Assembly (NCBI GenBank): GCA_002633005.1
Contig: NMRA01000011.1
Coordinates: 691,370 to 755,369 of the forward strand
Source: Phoronis australis
Taxonomy: Eukaryota > Animalia > Phoronida
DNA: 64,000 bases
Direction of reading: 5' to 3'
Shown here: in pieces, positions 51,544-64,000 of the stretch
Position numbering within the stretch: the first letter of the stretch is position 1
Layout: every line of letters starts with the position of its first letter
Program-made: the position numbers and the translations under genes
The notes under the pieces: generated by a model
Told to the model about the DNA's origin: nothing
The model's input: the letters and a program-made list of their open reading frames with translations, nothing else
Database searches by the model: none

Positions 51544-54500
51544 GGGGCTATTCGGAGAATTCTCCTCGCGGTGTCGCTGCTGTACTAGTGGTGATTGAAT
51601 TGCGCATGCGTGGCTGTCTGCATATAAACAACTGGTAAAAAATGGAATTTTTATCAAAATACGTCGTCGCGCTAAGCCTTATTACTGCTAATTTCCCTGG
51701 TGCAAGTCTTCGATAGATGGCCACAAATTCCCAAAAGACCTAAGGTTACTATATTCGTGGACAACTGCGGTCAACAGGGTCAACTAACTGACAAAAAGTG
51801 TGTGGATGCTGAAGCCCCGTGTGTGCTCTATGACTATGCAGTTCCATACGGAGACTACACAACATTACTTGGTAAGTTGTTAGCAATCAGTTTCTATCAA
51901 CATCGTTCGGTGATGTTATCCCCACCTGTTACCCCACTGAATAACGGGTTTATTGAGTGGAACTAAGTGTTTCTTTTTGGAAACTCACCCGATGCCGGGT
52001 AGGCTAGCAGCACATATTCATATTGTCCTGGGTGGGAGTGCTCCCAAAATAAGAGGTGTATGGTACGTGATGCACAGAAGTCAAGAGTGACTTTTTCACA
52101 GCAGTTTCTCTTCAAAACTATGCTGTTTCCAATAAAATTCTCTAGATGAGTGAGTTTCCTTATTTTATCGTGGACCCCACCCCCAGGACCACCAGCTCAG
52201 TTATCAATTAACATGAATAAGCCTTAATTCAGTAAATGTCGCAACATTGCATTGGAAAAAAATTGACACCTAGAATGAATTTTACTTGTTGAGATCAGAA
52301 GCACATTTTAAGTGTCATGAAAAATACACATTGTTAAATCACTTTTAGCCTGTTTCACATATTTTAATTCAGATATTAAATAAGACTTGGGTACAAAGGT
52401 TATTAGTTTCTACACATAAACATGAAGATGAAATGTCAAGTATGTTCTGCCTTACGAAAGTAGTTTTGTCTTGTCTTTTCTTTTACAATTTGCTAATATT
52501 TTTATTCTGTTACAGGTGAGAAAAAACAACTGAAACCAACCTCCTGACCATCTATTTCACTGTTGGACAAAGTGAAAAGCAATCCTTCAGCAATAACCTG
52601 AAAGAATTGAACGTAATTCAGAAATTCAGCACCTGATATGCCTGATTATGGACACCCTCGCAATGTTGTTTCTTTCTGTGCTTTTTCAGTTTACCATTTG
52701 TTTTTAAATACACTGATAACTGTCTATTCTCGAATCTTGTGCATAGCAGATTCTTATCCAGCTAGCTACAATTGAAAACATACAATAAGACAATCGATGC
52801 AGTCTGAATGTCATTTCCCCATAATCTGTACCAAATTGAAAAGTTTTTACCAATAGTATAAAGCTTTCTGCTAAAAGGAAAATTTAATGTCACTCAGCTT
52901 TTAGCTATCATTTCACTGGGTTCTAATTTCAATGGCCTATAGAAGCGCACTTGTAAAAAAGTTCTAGTTTCAACACGTGGCTTTCTTTCATGTAACCTCA
53001 TTCAGCCTCAATAACATCCACAATTAGACCCTTGAAGGTAAACACAGCAGCATATCACTTGAATCGCTTTGAGCCCAAAATCAGACACTGAACTAGACCA
53101 GAGTGTGACTAGGTCTTCTTTAGCTTCAGTCCCTCATGTTTCTTCCAGGAAAGGAAATAAGCTATTGTCCACACATGACTCATTGCCTATGAAAGGGCAT
53201 CCTCACCAACAAGGCTTATTTGTGTAGCAGTCAGATATAGTTCGTCTGGATACACAGACAGTCCACTGGCACATTGTCTTATGGTAACTTAGTACTGCGA
53301 TTCACATTTCTCCAGGGCCACTGACTTGCACATTGTGCCATGCAGCACTGCTGGTGTGTGGAAGTGCTGTGGGAAGAGAACGGAGTAACAAAGCTTGTCT
53401 ATGATACAGCTTGAAGTGGCCTTAAAATGTCACTGAACCTGGAACAAATATTGAAATATGAATAATTAAGTACTCCAGATTGGATCAAAAATGTTATCCC
53501 TGTTTTTCAAAAATATATGGTGATTGGTCTACAGTTTCACATAAAAGTAAATAATTACCATTTTCAGAAACCAAGGGTGTATATAATGAGTATTGCATAA
53601 AACTGTGTCTTTATTTTTTATCCCTAGCCAAAACAATTCTTAAAACGCATCACTTGTCTGTAAAATATACAAGTTTTTTGAGACAACTTCAAACCTTTGT
53701 TACCCATTTTCAAGCCTTTTTAATTTCGATACTTTCAGCAATTTTAAACTCAGATTACAGGTTCATGGGTCTGTCAAGCATACTTCTATCCTAAGGTTGA
53801 GGGAACCGTTTTTCTTCTAATAGAAGATATGAAGACTTGCGGGTCATTTAAAAATGATGGATAATCTTTCTGTAGTTTAAGAGTAATTACAAATCGTAAG
53901 GCACCATCAAAAATGCAATTTTCACAAAAATGGCAGTCATTTGAATTTATAACGACTTGCAACATTTCAAGGCATGAGTTAAGACTGTTCAGTCACTGTG
54001 CATTCGGAAAATGTAATATATTTTCGTGGTTTTACAATTGATACAAGTAGCAAAACAGTTTCATGAAATCAACTTGAAGGGACTTCGTGAAGGCTAAGAA
54101 TTACCTCACCATGCTCTTTTCCCCAAACATGTATTACCTGTTATTTGTTTCCACACATTCAGTTGTACCAAATATTACAACCCCCATGCCAATCCCCCCT
54201 CGGGACCTGAATAAGTAATTTAACAAAATGACTTTAAAAATAGCTGTTCCTTTTCAAAGGCTTTGTTCGTTGTCTCCAATATTGAAAGTAGGCTTTGACA
54301 ACAGATCTGCACTGGATGGGAAGATCTTGTTGGTTAGCTGCAGTCAAATGCTAAAAACCAATTTTTGTCCATTCAGGGACGGTGCAGAAGCGATGCATAT
54401 CTCCTCTGCACGGTACAAGCCTTCAAACCTAAAAACCAAAGGTTACGTGAAAACTGACGTGATAGATTTCCATTTCAACGTGTAATAGATTTCCAGAAGA

Positions 54501-55052
54501 CATATGATAGGGAGTAAACAAATAGTCTAATGCAATGGATATTTATCACTCACGTACCCTTTGCCATTGGGATTGGATTGTAATCTTAACTCATTAACCT
54601 GTATCGAGTTGACAGCATAAACATTCAGCATTGATTGATGTAACTGTCACTGATAAACTTTTAGAAATCATTCCAAACAATAATAATGCTTTGATGTACG
54701 AAACGATCCCGATTGCTACGTCAAGTATCACATATCACAACATACAAAGATTAACCAGACTCTGGCTGGCGACTGACTGCCGCGAAGTCGACATCGGCGA
54801 GTGCCTCAGTTAACAGGCATCGGTAGAATAATCATGGAATGATCGTTAAAATAATCACAAACCTTACCTTTGTATGAGGTCGTGCTTACTTCCTCTCATA
54901 GAAGCACCTTTTTTACGCAATCTCAGATTCAGCTGGCACGGCTGCAAGCCATTTCACCATGTATTTAAAGGGCTCGCGAAATCGAGGCTGTTAATCTATC
55001 ACCACTAGTACACGCACGCCCTCTAGTTATTGTAGATTTTCCGAATAGCCCC
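51544..55052. mobile_element. ISL2EU-type element, internally deleted
   Basis: TIRs GGGGCTATTCGGA / TCCGAATAGCCCC flanked by AT...AT, and subterminal inverted TGTACTAGTGGTGAT. THAP exons at ~51680-51871 and 52516 are homologous to those at 41040 and 42018. Confidence 0.85.
52900..53438 (-). pseudogene. YqaJ/lambda-exonuclease-like remnant (ISL2EU second ORF)
   Basis: Hand translation TPAVLHG...ALEKCE...SGLSVYPDELYLTATQISLVGED...LKLKKT...LVQ...VFTFKG follows the YqaJ motif order. It is convergent with the THAP ORF. Confidence 0.65.
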
Positions 55053-55698
55053 ATTGGAGCGTGCGCAGTATAAAAATGGTGAGTTCACGATTTTGGGAAC
55101 TGAACGAGTGACTGCTCGAACAAAAAGTTCGATAACGGAAGTATTTGTTCGAGTTGGAAGGAATTAAACACACCGCCAACCTCCTAAGGTGTCCCTTCAT
55201 ATGCAGAAGGTATTTATAATAACGTGACTTTCATGCTTTAGCCAGTGCGAGGCATAATTCGCCGAAAAGCTTCCGGCGTATGGAGCGCCTATAGGAGCTG
55301 CATCGCCTCTGGTTCGGGCCAACAGAGGCGATGGTTATTGCCTAGATGACAGCATACTTACGTTTGTGACTGAAGCAGGAGTACAGGATAGAGACGATAT
55401 GCGCGCACCCCGTGGGCCTACATGAAAACATAAAAGCCAGAAAGGTGTTCGTTTTCCACGGTAATGATGCAGCATCACCCGTAAATCAACGTCATTTGTA
55501 CTCTTCTTATAACCCAGAGAGCACACACTCGAGTCAAGTCAGGAAGATCCAGTGCTGCGAAATTTATTGCAGCAGACGCAAACATAGTTTGTCACAAGGG
55601 GGCGTCACGGTAATCCGGACGTGGACAACAGCGGTGCTTTTCTCAATACTCGCCGTTTCCATGCGTGCCGTTAGATGGCCAGTAGCCAGCACCTAGGT

Positions 55699-58577
55699 CT
55701 CGCTGGTTCCGTACTGCCTAGCTAGCATGCAGGTAACACGCAATGGCACGCAATTTTGCATTGGTTGGTGTATCCTCAGGAGTCATTGGTTAGCTTTACA
55801 ACACCGTGAAAAAATGGCGATCTGTGAACGATTTTTAGCCTTGTTACGCAAGTGTTGTCGCAGCAACTATTTCGTTTCTGCAGTGATGTTAACTAGCCGC
55901 GTGCTTGAAGCACATACATGTACAATGAATACATAACTGGCCAATTTAACGGTGTGTTATTCAAACTGAATGAATATAGTACAGTGTCGTAAACTAAAGT
56001 CATGCAGTAAGGTGCACTCCGAAAAGGCGTACACAATTTCTAAGATTCACATTTCCTGGACATAAATTTTAAGCACCGATTTGTCTGCCCAACACATACC
56101 GAGAACATGCGCTTACAAGGAAGTCAACGAATTTTTAAAGATTTGCGGGAATTTTCACCGCTCGTCCTTCTGTGCGGCTTTTACCAGGATCAATGAGAGC
56201 GCGACGGCCGGAGTCAGGTACTGAGTTGTGATGACCGCATTGCCCGATGCGAGCAAGACCCAATATGGGCCTATTACGTGTAATTACCCAACCATAAACT
56301 GTATTAAACATCTCTGACTGTACATAATGACGAATTTTCAAAATGCATTAACCACTAATTTTCTTTAACTAAAAACGAACACCACGGCGGTATACAGCTG
56401 AAAAAAAATAAACAACAAAGTACGGTTTTCGATTTTTAAAAATCGATGAACTAATAATCCAAAAACTACAACCATTGATACGATTGAAGATAAACTACCG
56501 AGCTTATTGATATACTCGGTGGATATACAAACGCTGATCAGAGTTAGCAATATCACATGGGTTCACTTTCTTCCAATCTAGTTAACCAGATTTTTGACCA
56601 GGAAACAGTTGTACTTAAACAGTACACACCATGGATTTTTGCACATTTTGAATTACCGGTGGCCACAGACTAAATGTATGACGTAAAATTTAGCTAAACC
56701 CATGTTTATTTTGTGTAATTAGCTCAAAATTTTGATTTTTCTTTCAATTTTGCCAATTTTCACATTTCCCGCCATGTGACGTCATGGGTTGAACACAAGA
56801 GATCAGTGACTAGCATTGAACAATGGCGGAGACCAGGGAATTTGAAAGTGACGACGATTATGAGCAAGAATTGAACGAATACTATGAAGAAACGTATGAG
56901 AATGGTGGCCAGGATGAGGAAATGGGGTTGCACGAAAGCGAGAACAAGTTTAATGTGCTTCCGGCTGCGTACTTTTCTACTTTGAGCCTTATGAACTGGA
57001 TCCTCCCGCGAGAGAAGCGGCCTCGGGCTCGGCGAGTCAACCCAGTCATCCAACAGACGATCCTGAATTAAGAGCTGATGTTTCTGAATGATAAATATTG
57101 TCCTTTATTGAACCAGGCCTTCATCGTCTCCTGTGACTGGAGTCGAAACACGAGTCCTCAAAGTGGGCAGAACACAGAGTGGCCCCGGACCGAATCGCTT
57201 GGTCCACGATGACGTCCCACACTCTCGTTCGGCGCACGAAGTCATGCCACTTCTGCGCAACTTTGGTGTCCTTCGGAACACCGAGACGTTTTCCGCCTGG
57301 CTGCTGTTGCTGCAGCCTCCGGAAACACATCTTTTGATCCCTCTACGAACCTTCTCGACGCTAAATGTACTTTGCATTCTCTTCACTCTATACACTTTGT
57401 CTCTGATCCGAACGGTATGGCGAACGACCTGGGTTCAACCCATGACGTTGTACATAATTATTTTTTTTTCAATTTTTGCGTGTTTCTTTATGAGCTGTGC
57501 ACTAAAGGCACTGAAATCAAGTAAGATATAATAATAAAATTTATTTTGAGGTACTAGAGTCATGTTGTGTACACTTTAACCTGTGTCCACTTTTAATTTT
57601 TTATTAATGACAAAGAGCTAGAATAGTTATATAGTCAGTGCTACCAAAATTGTCCAGAGATTCCAGGTCTTCAGTTTGGTTATCACCATATTTGCACTTT
57701 TGTATTTATTTTATGATTTGAGTTACATGGCACGAAAAGGCAGCTTCACTTATCATTTGACAGGCTTACATTTGTGTGATTGAACTCGAGTTTTCTTATT
57801 TTACTAAAGCTTTGCTAGGACTATCTGGTTAGCCTAATACATCTAAAGTAACAAAATTCCGTTGAAGTTAGGCTTTAATGAAATGTTTAGTGCACCTGTA
57901 ATGTGGAAAGTTCAGGGATGGGCTCAACTTAACTAATCAAGTTTCGCTGGCGATCAAAATCTACCACTGTTTTGGTACTTCAAGTTTAAAACTTAGATAG
58001 ATAAAAAGTTATCAACCTGTTTCCGGTAAAAAAAACGTGGGCAGAAGCATTAAAGATTAAATAACGAAAACCAATATGAAACATATCGTTCCTTTGGGAA
58101 GTGGACCTTTGTGAAGATAAACACAAGTTAACCTTTTTAGTCATTTTGTAATATTTATAATGTATCAAGTTAAAATTACTCTCCAGATTTGCAGGCTGTA
58201 ACTCTGCAAATATCAGAGGAAACCAAATAGGGGGTTCCAACAACAACCGTTGTTGAGACAATAATGCTAGGTATTACCTTTCCACTTCATTAGCTCACAC
58301 CTAAATCGGTACTAAAGGTGTGTTGTATACGCAACGTAAAAATTGTCTGGGGCTAAGGGAATCTGAGCGGTGACCAGTGTAAGCGAGAAATTCTCCACGT
58401 GAGACCACCTTTACACCTCAGTCCATCAGCCATGCCAGTTTGTTTGCGTAAAGCGCTGCCCGTTAGGAATTCGACTAGCCAATCAAAAACGCCGGTGTAA
58501 AAAAATTCCAGAGGAAAGTTAAGTGATACCTGCGTGTTGGCTACCGACCACCTAGCGGCACGCAGGGAACCAGTGAG
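55699..58577. mobile_element. Non-autonomous DNA element with CTCGCTGGTTCC...GGAACCAGTGAG ends, enlarged by nested insertions
   Basis: Termini are shared with short copies at ~11474-11569, 13693-13762 and 16358-16428. Confidence 0.6.
56619..57575. mobile_element. Kolobok-like deletion derivative with convergent acidic ORF start (+) and THAP (-)
   Basis: TTAA flanks (56615-56618, 57576-57579), imperfect TIR A..GTACACA.CATG, and subterminal inverted ACGTCATGGGTTGAAC. THAP CVSGGCSN...PKD...KW...LCSAHF at 57121-57330. Confidence 0.7.
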
Positions 58578-59119
58578 GCACGCAGGTATCACTTAATTTT
58601 CCTCTGGAATTTTTTTACACCGGCGTTTTTGATTGGCTAGTAGAATTCTCAACAGGCAGCGCTTCACGCAAACAAACTGGCATGTCTGATGGACTGAAGT
58701 GTAAAGGTGGTCTGTTGTACAGACAAATCGGTGTTTATGTTCAGGAAATGTGAATCGTAGAAATTGTGGCTGTGCCTTTTTGGAGTGCATCTTTCTACTG
58801 TCGATGACATTTGTTTACGATACTGGTCTGTATTCATACAGTATGAATAACACACCGCTCAAATCGGCCAGATGTGTTTATTGTAAATGTATGTGCTTCA
58901 AGCACGCAGCTATTAAACATGTCACTTCAGAAACGAAATAGTTGCTGCGACGCCACTTGCATGACAAGGCTAAAAATCGTTTAATCGTTACAGTACGCCA
59001 TTTTTTATCACGGGGTTGTAAAGCTAACCAATGACTGCTGGGGTTACATCAACCAATGCTAAAGTGCGTGCCACTGCACGATACCTGCGTGCTGGCTAGG
59101 CACGTAGGGAACCAGGGAG
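58578..59119. mobile_element. Inverted compact copy of the same element
   Basis: 58579-58713 is the reverse complement of 58402-58537, and 58813-59119 is the reverse complement of 55699-55995. Confidence 0.7.
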
Positions 59120-59208
59120 TTCTCAATAGAACACATACAGTACATGGCAATATTCATCCGACTTTCGGCAGAGGTGGACGCAAACTAAGAAAATTAATAT
59201 TGTCACTA

Positions 59209-61855
59209 TAGGGCTCGACGCTATTAAAATTCGCATTTCGCGACCTAGCCAAAATCCCAGGTCGCATTTTCAAAATGCAGCTCGCATTCATAAATGCCAG
59301 GTCGCAAAATTTTCCAGCCATTTTACGCGCCAAACTTGATTTTTTAGATCATCGAGAATATGTTTATATTAGGCTCTTACCTGCAGTGTTAAATACTCAC
59401 AAATTTCAGATCGCAAAATTGACTTCGTTCATGCAGGTACGGCGTTACTGTTCTTCACCACCGCCATTGAAAGGTTTTAGAGGCAAACCAAGTTGCCGAC
59501 GTGAAAGTTGAATCAGTGCTCTCTAACTGACACGTGCATTCGAGTAGCTAAGTTTGCGATGTGAAAAGCGAGAAAATGCTCGNNNNNNNNNNNNNNNNNN
59601 NNNNNNNNNNNNNNNNNNNNNNNNNNNNNNNNNNNNNNNNNNNNNNNNNNNNNNNNNNNNNNNNNNNNNNNNNNNNNNNNNNNNNNNNNNNNNNNNNNNN
59701 NNNNNNNNNNNNNNNNNNNNNNNNNNNNNNNNNNNNNNNNNNNNNNNNNNNNNNNNNNNNNNNNNNNNNNNNNNNNNNNNNNNNNNNNNNNNNNNNNNNN
59801 NNNNNNNNNNNNNNNNNNNNNNNNNNNNNNNNNNNNNNNNNNNNNNNNNNNNNNNNNNNNNNNNNNNNNNNNNNNNNNNNNNNNNNNNNNNNNNNNNNNN
59901 NNNNNNNNNNNNNNNNNNNNNNNNNNNNNNNNNNNNNNNNNNNNNNNNNNNNNNNNNNNNNNNNNNNNNNNNNNNNNNNNNNNNNNNNNNNNNNNNNNNN
60001 NNNNNNNNNNNNNNNNNNNNNNNNNNNNNNNNNNNNNNNNNNNNNNNNNNNNNNNNNNNNNNNNNNNNNNNNNNNNNNNNNNNNNNNNNNNNNNNNNNNN
60101 NNNNNNNNNNNNNNNNNNNNNNNNNNNNNNNNNNNNNNNNNNNNNNNNNNNNNNNNNNNNNNNNNNNNNNNNNNNNNNNNNNNNNNNNNNNNNNNNNNNN
60201 NNNNNNNNNNNNNNNNNNNNNNNNNNNNNNNNNNNNNNNNNNNNNNNNNNNNNNNNNNNNNNNNNNNNNNNNNNNNNNNNNNNNNNNNNNNNNNNNNNNN
60301 NNNNNNNNATTGGCTAACAAAAACCACATGATCATATCCACTCGTATTATTGTCTGTTACAATTTGTTCCCAAAATATTCTAGAATCTCTAGAGTACTTT
60401 GACCCCAGAACCCAAAGTTGTAAACACCATCTAAAAATAGATTTTGACGTTAAAATACATGTCAACAAGTCTGACCCCATGATTTAAAAGTACATATGCA
60501 CAAATTTTGGGCAACTTAAAATGGATCTATTCTTACTAATTACTTAATCAATATTTATTCTGACAAAAAGTATCCGGGATTTTGCTGGGTCTGACCTGCT
60601 ACTGGCTGTCATCAAAGTCGTTAAAGATTCAAACTAACTCGGAGTACAAATTCCCTCCACTTTTTGTTCGCAACCCAAATTTTGCAACTTGACGTTTAAA
60701 AAACAACAGTCGAAAAAAAAAATCCGTGTAACCATAGGCGGATTTAGGGGAGGCCCCCCCTTGGCTGCCTCAAAAAGATAAACCAGCAAAAGCGTAGGGA
60801 AATGTTGAGTTTATTAATTAGCCCTGGTAATTAAAATTATACGGCTGAAACAAGATTTAAATTTCTGCAGTTTTAGTGTGTTGGGGGGGTTCAGATACGT
60901 GGAATATCGTAAGGCATCGGGAATCTGTGAGTTAATTTCCAAATAAACCACTGGCACCCAGGTGCTTAACAGAGCCAAGCCGGTATACTCTTTCATTTAG
61001 GACTGTTGCTGTTCTCTTTCGATGGGCAGCTTTGAGGTGGTGCGCACGTGTGAGTTCACGCACTTGAATCGCTGGAGTAGGCCTACACTTTACGTTGGCA
61101 ACAACGTGTGAAAGACTCATATTTCGCGCAAGTAGCCCCAGAAACAAGTAAAGGGTTTGAGAATTTCTTGGCAACTGAGTAAAGACGTGGCCGTCGTTTT
61201 GGCCATTAATAGGATTGTTATTTTCACTTTGGCTGTCATATGCCATAAAAACGAGACGCACATCTCTAAGTCACGATTGTCTGCCAGGACCGCTTGCGCG
61301 CTAACAACGGGACCGACCTGTGCCGCAGTGCGACATCAGGGATATTGTCGTGGATATTTGGTACATGAAATAAGGACATCCTACGCGAAAAAATAAACAT
61401 ATTTCTCCACCACAAAGTTTGGTAAGTTGATCGTTAAGAATTAGTAGAAACACCGCTCTTTTGTGACATTTTGTCACGTATTATGCAGTTGCCTGAAACT
61501 TTCTTCGCCGAATCCGGAAATTTGCAAAACTGGCCGAAAATGTTAGCCAATGAAACGCGTCAAAGATTCTGCATATCCCATGTTCACGCGACTTGCTTAC
61601 AAGTCATCGGGAGGGCTGTTCTCGGTTAGTGTTCTTTTGAACTTGGATTTAGTAACAACCAAATAACGGTCGGATTATTAATAAGAGTTGCTTTATATTT
61701 GCCAGGTATCTGCCGAGAAGTGTAAAAACTCAGCTCGCATTCGTTGAAAATTCCAGATCGCATCTTGCGACTTGATACGAGCTGACAAAAATCTCAGCTC
61801 ACATTTGCAAATTTCAGGTCGCAAATGCGACCTGCAGCTCGTTATGTCGACCCCA
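59209..61855. mobile_element. Probable hAT-type element spanning an assembly gap
   Basis: TAGGGCTCGAC and GTCGACCCCA ends with clustered subterminal GGTCGCA / TCGCATT motifs at both sides. No clear TSD. Confidence 0.45.
59583..60308. other. Assembly gap
   Basis: Run of n. Confidence 0.99.
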
Positions 61856-63248
61856 ATTAGGGGGTGCTACAGTAATTATCTATCCCGTGGTCCGAAAACT
61901 AGTGTTGGTCAATGTTCCTCAAAAGGAATACCAATTTTTACAATGATTCTCCCGGTCGCTAACAGATTTTAGGAGAGACACCAAAATAAAAAAACAACAA
62001 TTTAGAATACAGCAGGCCTATACTTCAGACCAGGCAAAGACCCATACAATATCGATTGGCCCTATGTCGCGATTTGTATCACAATTTGCATTTTAGTATA
62101 AAATGCGGCATAAACAAATTCTGCTCTCAAGAATAGCTTTAAAGTCACTTACCTCAGTTTTCACTCAAAATCAGTATTACACTTTACATCAAAATCCCGT
62201 TTTTTTTTTGGTTTTGTGTGTAATCGCAGTAGCTACTGGACAACGAAATAATTTGTGTCCTGTATGCTGTCATCCATGATCTCAATAGCTAACTTACCAT
62301 GAGAATATCGTTTGCAGACCTTGGTACACCACGACTAGCCTAGGCGGGGTGCCTTACCCAAGCCAAGCAACCACTCAAGCCCAATTTGACTGAGGATGAA
62401 AATCTTTGTTAGAAAGTAGTGTGCCTGCACCATATTATGGGATGCTCATATCATTGCTATGGAAACACCCAAATCAGCCAGCAGCTAAATGCCGTCGATA
62501 ACAGATCTTCTGAAACATACGTTAAAGTCAGAGCTCCGGCAGTCCCGCCGACTGCAGACGGAGCGGCAGCTGATGTTTGGCTGAAAGGGCTTGTTCAGCA
62601 CAGTTTGCCCTCAAAATTGACTGTTTTGTGGAAACCATCAGCTCAGTTAGAAATCTGATGGATACTAAAGCAATATTAGAAGATGAATCAACCTTCAACC
62701 GTAGAAAGACTCTTTATCCAAGCTTGAGTTTGGTACATGTAAGCCAGTGAAAACGTGCAAAGAAAAGTATTGCTGAGGAGAAGAATTTAGCTGTTTCAGT
62801 TTGGATCAGGTGAGTTTTTATCCACATCATAAGTGTTCTAAAAATTAATTTCTATTATTTGCTTTGTCAGGAATGTTTGAATGGCTACAATACTATGTAG
62901 TCTTGCATTCACTTTACCTCAGCATTGAGGGTTTGGCGAAATACCCCTCAATAAATGAACGAACATTCCACGCTCATTATCAAAAAATTGATTGGGCGCT
63001 TGACACCTGTTCAGTGCTCATCTATATGTAATTCATGTGTTGTTACTTCTGATACTTCAAATCTCGTATCTTCGCGCTAACGTTAGGATGCGGCGCGCAA
63101 AATTCAAATGCCTTTTACTAACTTAACCTTAGACAATAAAGTGACGTAAAAATAAAAAAAAACGTCACTGTGACGCATTTTTCATGACTCTTCTTTTTGA
63201 AGACAAGTCGCTTCTAAGATGCTATTGATATATTTTTGAAAGATTAAT

Positions 63249-63359
63249 ATGGGTAAATTTCTTACGAATCTTCGGGCATGTCTATCATGCCTGTGTTGTC
63301 AACTTTTCTGCTTGAAGAGTATAGCAGTGGACGATGAAGACGAGATTCCTGAAAATGAG
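63249..63359 (+). CDS. Possible first coding exon of an unknown gene (MG start, Cys cluster)
   Basis: MGKFLTNLRACLSCLCCQLFCLK...DEDEIPENE followed by GAG|GCAAGT (possible GC donor). TGACG motifs lie upstream. No homology recognised. Confidence 0.2.
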
Positions 63360-64000
63360 GCAAGTAAAAATTTTATAAAATTGAGAAAAACAGGCCACGG
63401 ACTTGATTCTCCAGGCCTCTTAAAATATTTGCGAAAAAAGCGTAAAATTTTACTGCCATAGCCCTATCCAACGACAGCTATGGAAGATTATAATTTGAAA
63501 TAGGAAAATCGGTGCACATTTTGTTTAATTACATAGTCATGCATGTTTCCGATCGACTGCAGGAGATCATTCGAAAATTATTAAGACTCAGAGATGGATT
63601 CAATAACTGGGTTAATGAATTAAAGATATTCAAAGCTAAGTTAAGGTTTACGCTTGAAATTAACCTAAAGTATGCTTGAATGGCAAACTATTTCTGAAAG
63701 ACGGGAAGGAAAGCAAACATTCCAGCTGTCTTCTCGAGAAATCTCGGCTTTTCAAGAGATGTTCAACTCACCTCGCCCCGGGGTTCAGTCGCTCCTTCTC
63801 GTGAGTTAATTTCTCCAGTGTGCTTCCAGTCTTCGTTCCTTTTCCTTCCGTGCACTGTACTCATGAAATTTGAATGGTGATATATATTTATTGGTGAATG
63901 CACAGAACATACAAACAGTAATTACAAACCCAGAAATCGCGAAGCATCATATCCGGGCTGCATACAATTCATAGATCAAAGTAGTTTACATAGAACAATA

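Larger units (their letters stand above)
47883..55336. mobile_element. Foldback/MITE host element with ~280 bp imperfect TIRs, split by two nested transposons
   Basis: 47883-48149 (continuing at 51161) is the reverse complement of 55055-55336; ends are AACCATCGCCTCTG / CAGAGGCGATGGTT. Confidence 0.8.

Noticed and set aside
59523-60480. Long ORFs in the track
   Set aside because: They consist of X residues from the n gap.
62419-62810. Coding-like stretch ending at CAG|GTGAGT
   Set aside because: Interrupted by stops, and no family could be recognised.

Overview
Eukaryotic, AT-rich, intron-containing DNA from a metazoan (probably a marine invertebrate; the species cannot be read from the sequence). 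There is one clear host gene: a sorting nexin 19-like gene (TM-PXA-PX) on the minus strand, with coding exons at 4367-6319, 2576-2708 and 1812-2029, continuing off the left edge. Most of the remaining ~57 kb is decayed, often nested transposable elements. These include a Mag-type Gypsy LTR retrotransposon, a spliced hAT-like transposase gene ending in tandem Spindlin (Spin/Ssty)-like Tudor repeats, two P-superfamily THAP elements with target site duplications (TSDs), two ISL2EU-type elements, Kolobok-like elements, Helitron-like tandem repeats and many MITEs. Five apparent tandem duplications each meet at a single 'n' and are most likely two haplotypes joined by the assembler. The most unusual object is a ~1.7 kb direct-repeat-bounded unit that encodes only a TatD-family nuclease and is inserted into the Gypsy gag (21010-22704). 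All family calls come from motif recognition and hand translation, not database searches.
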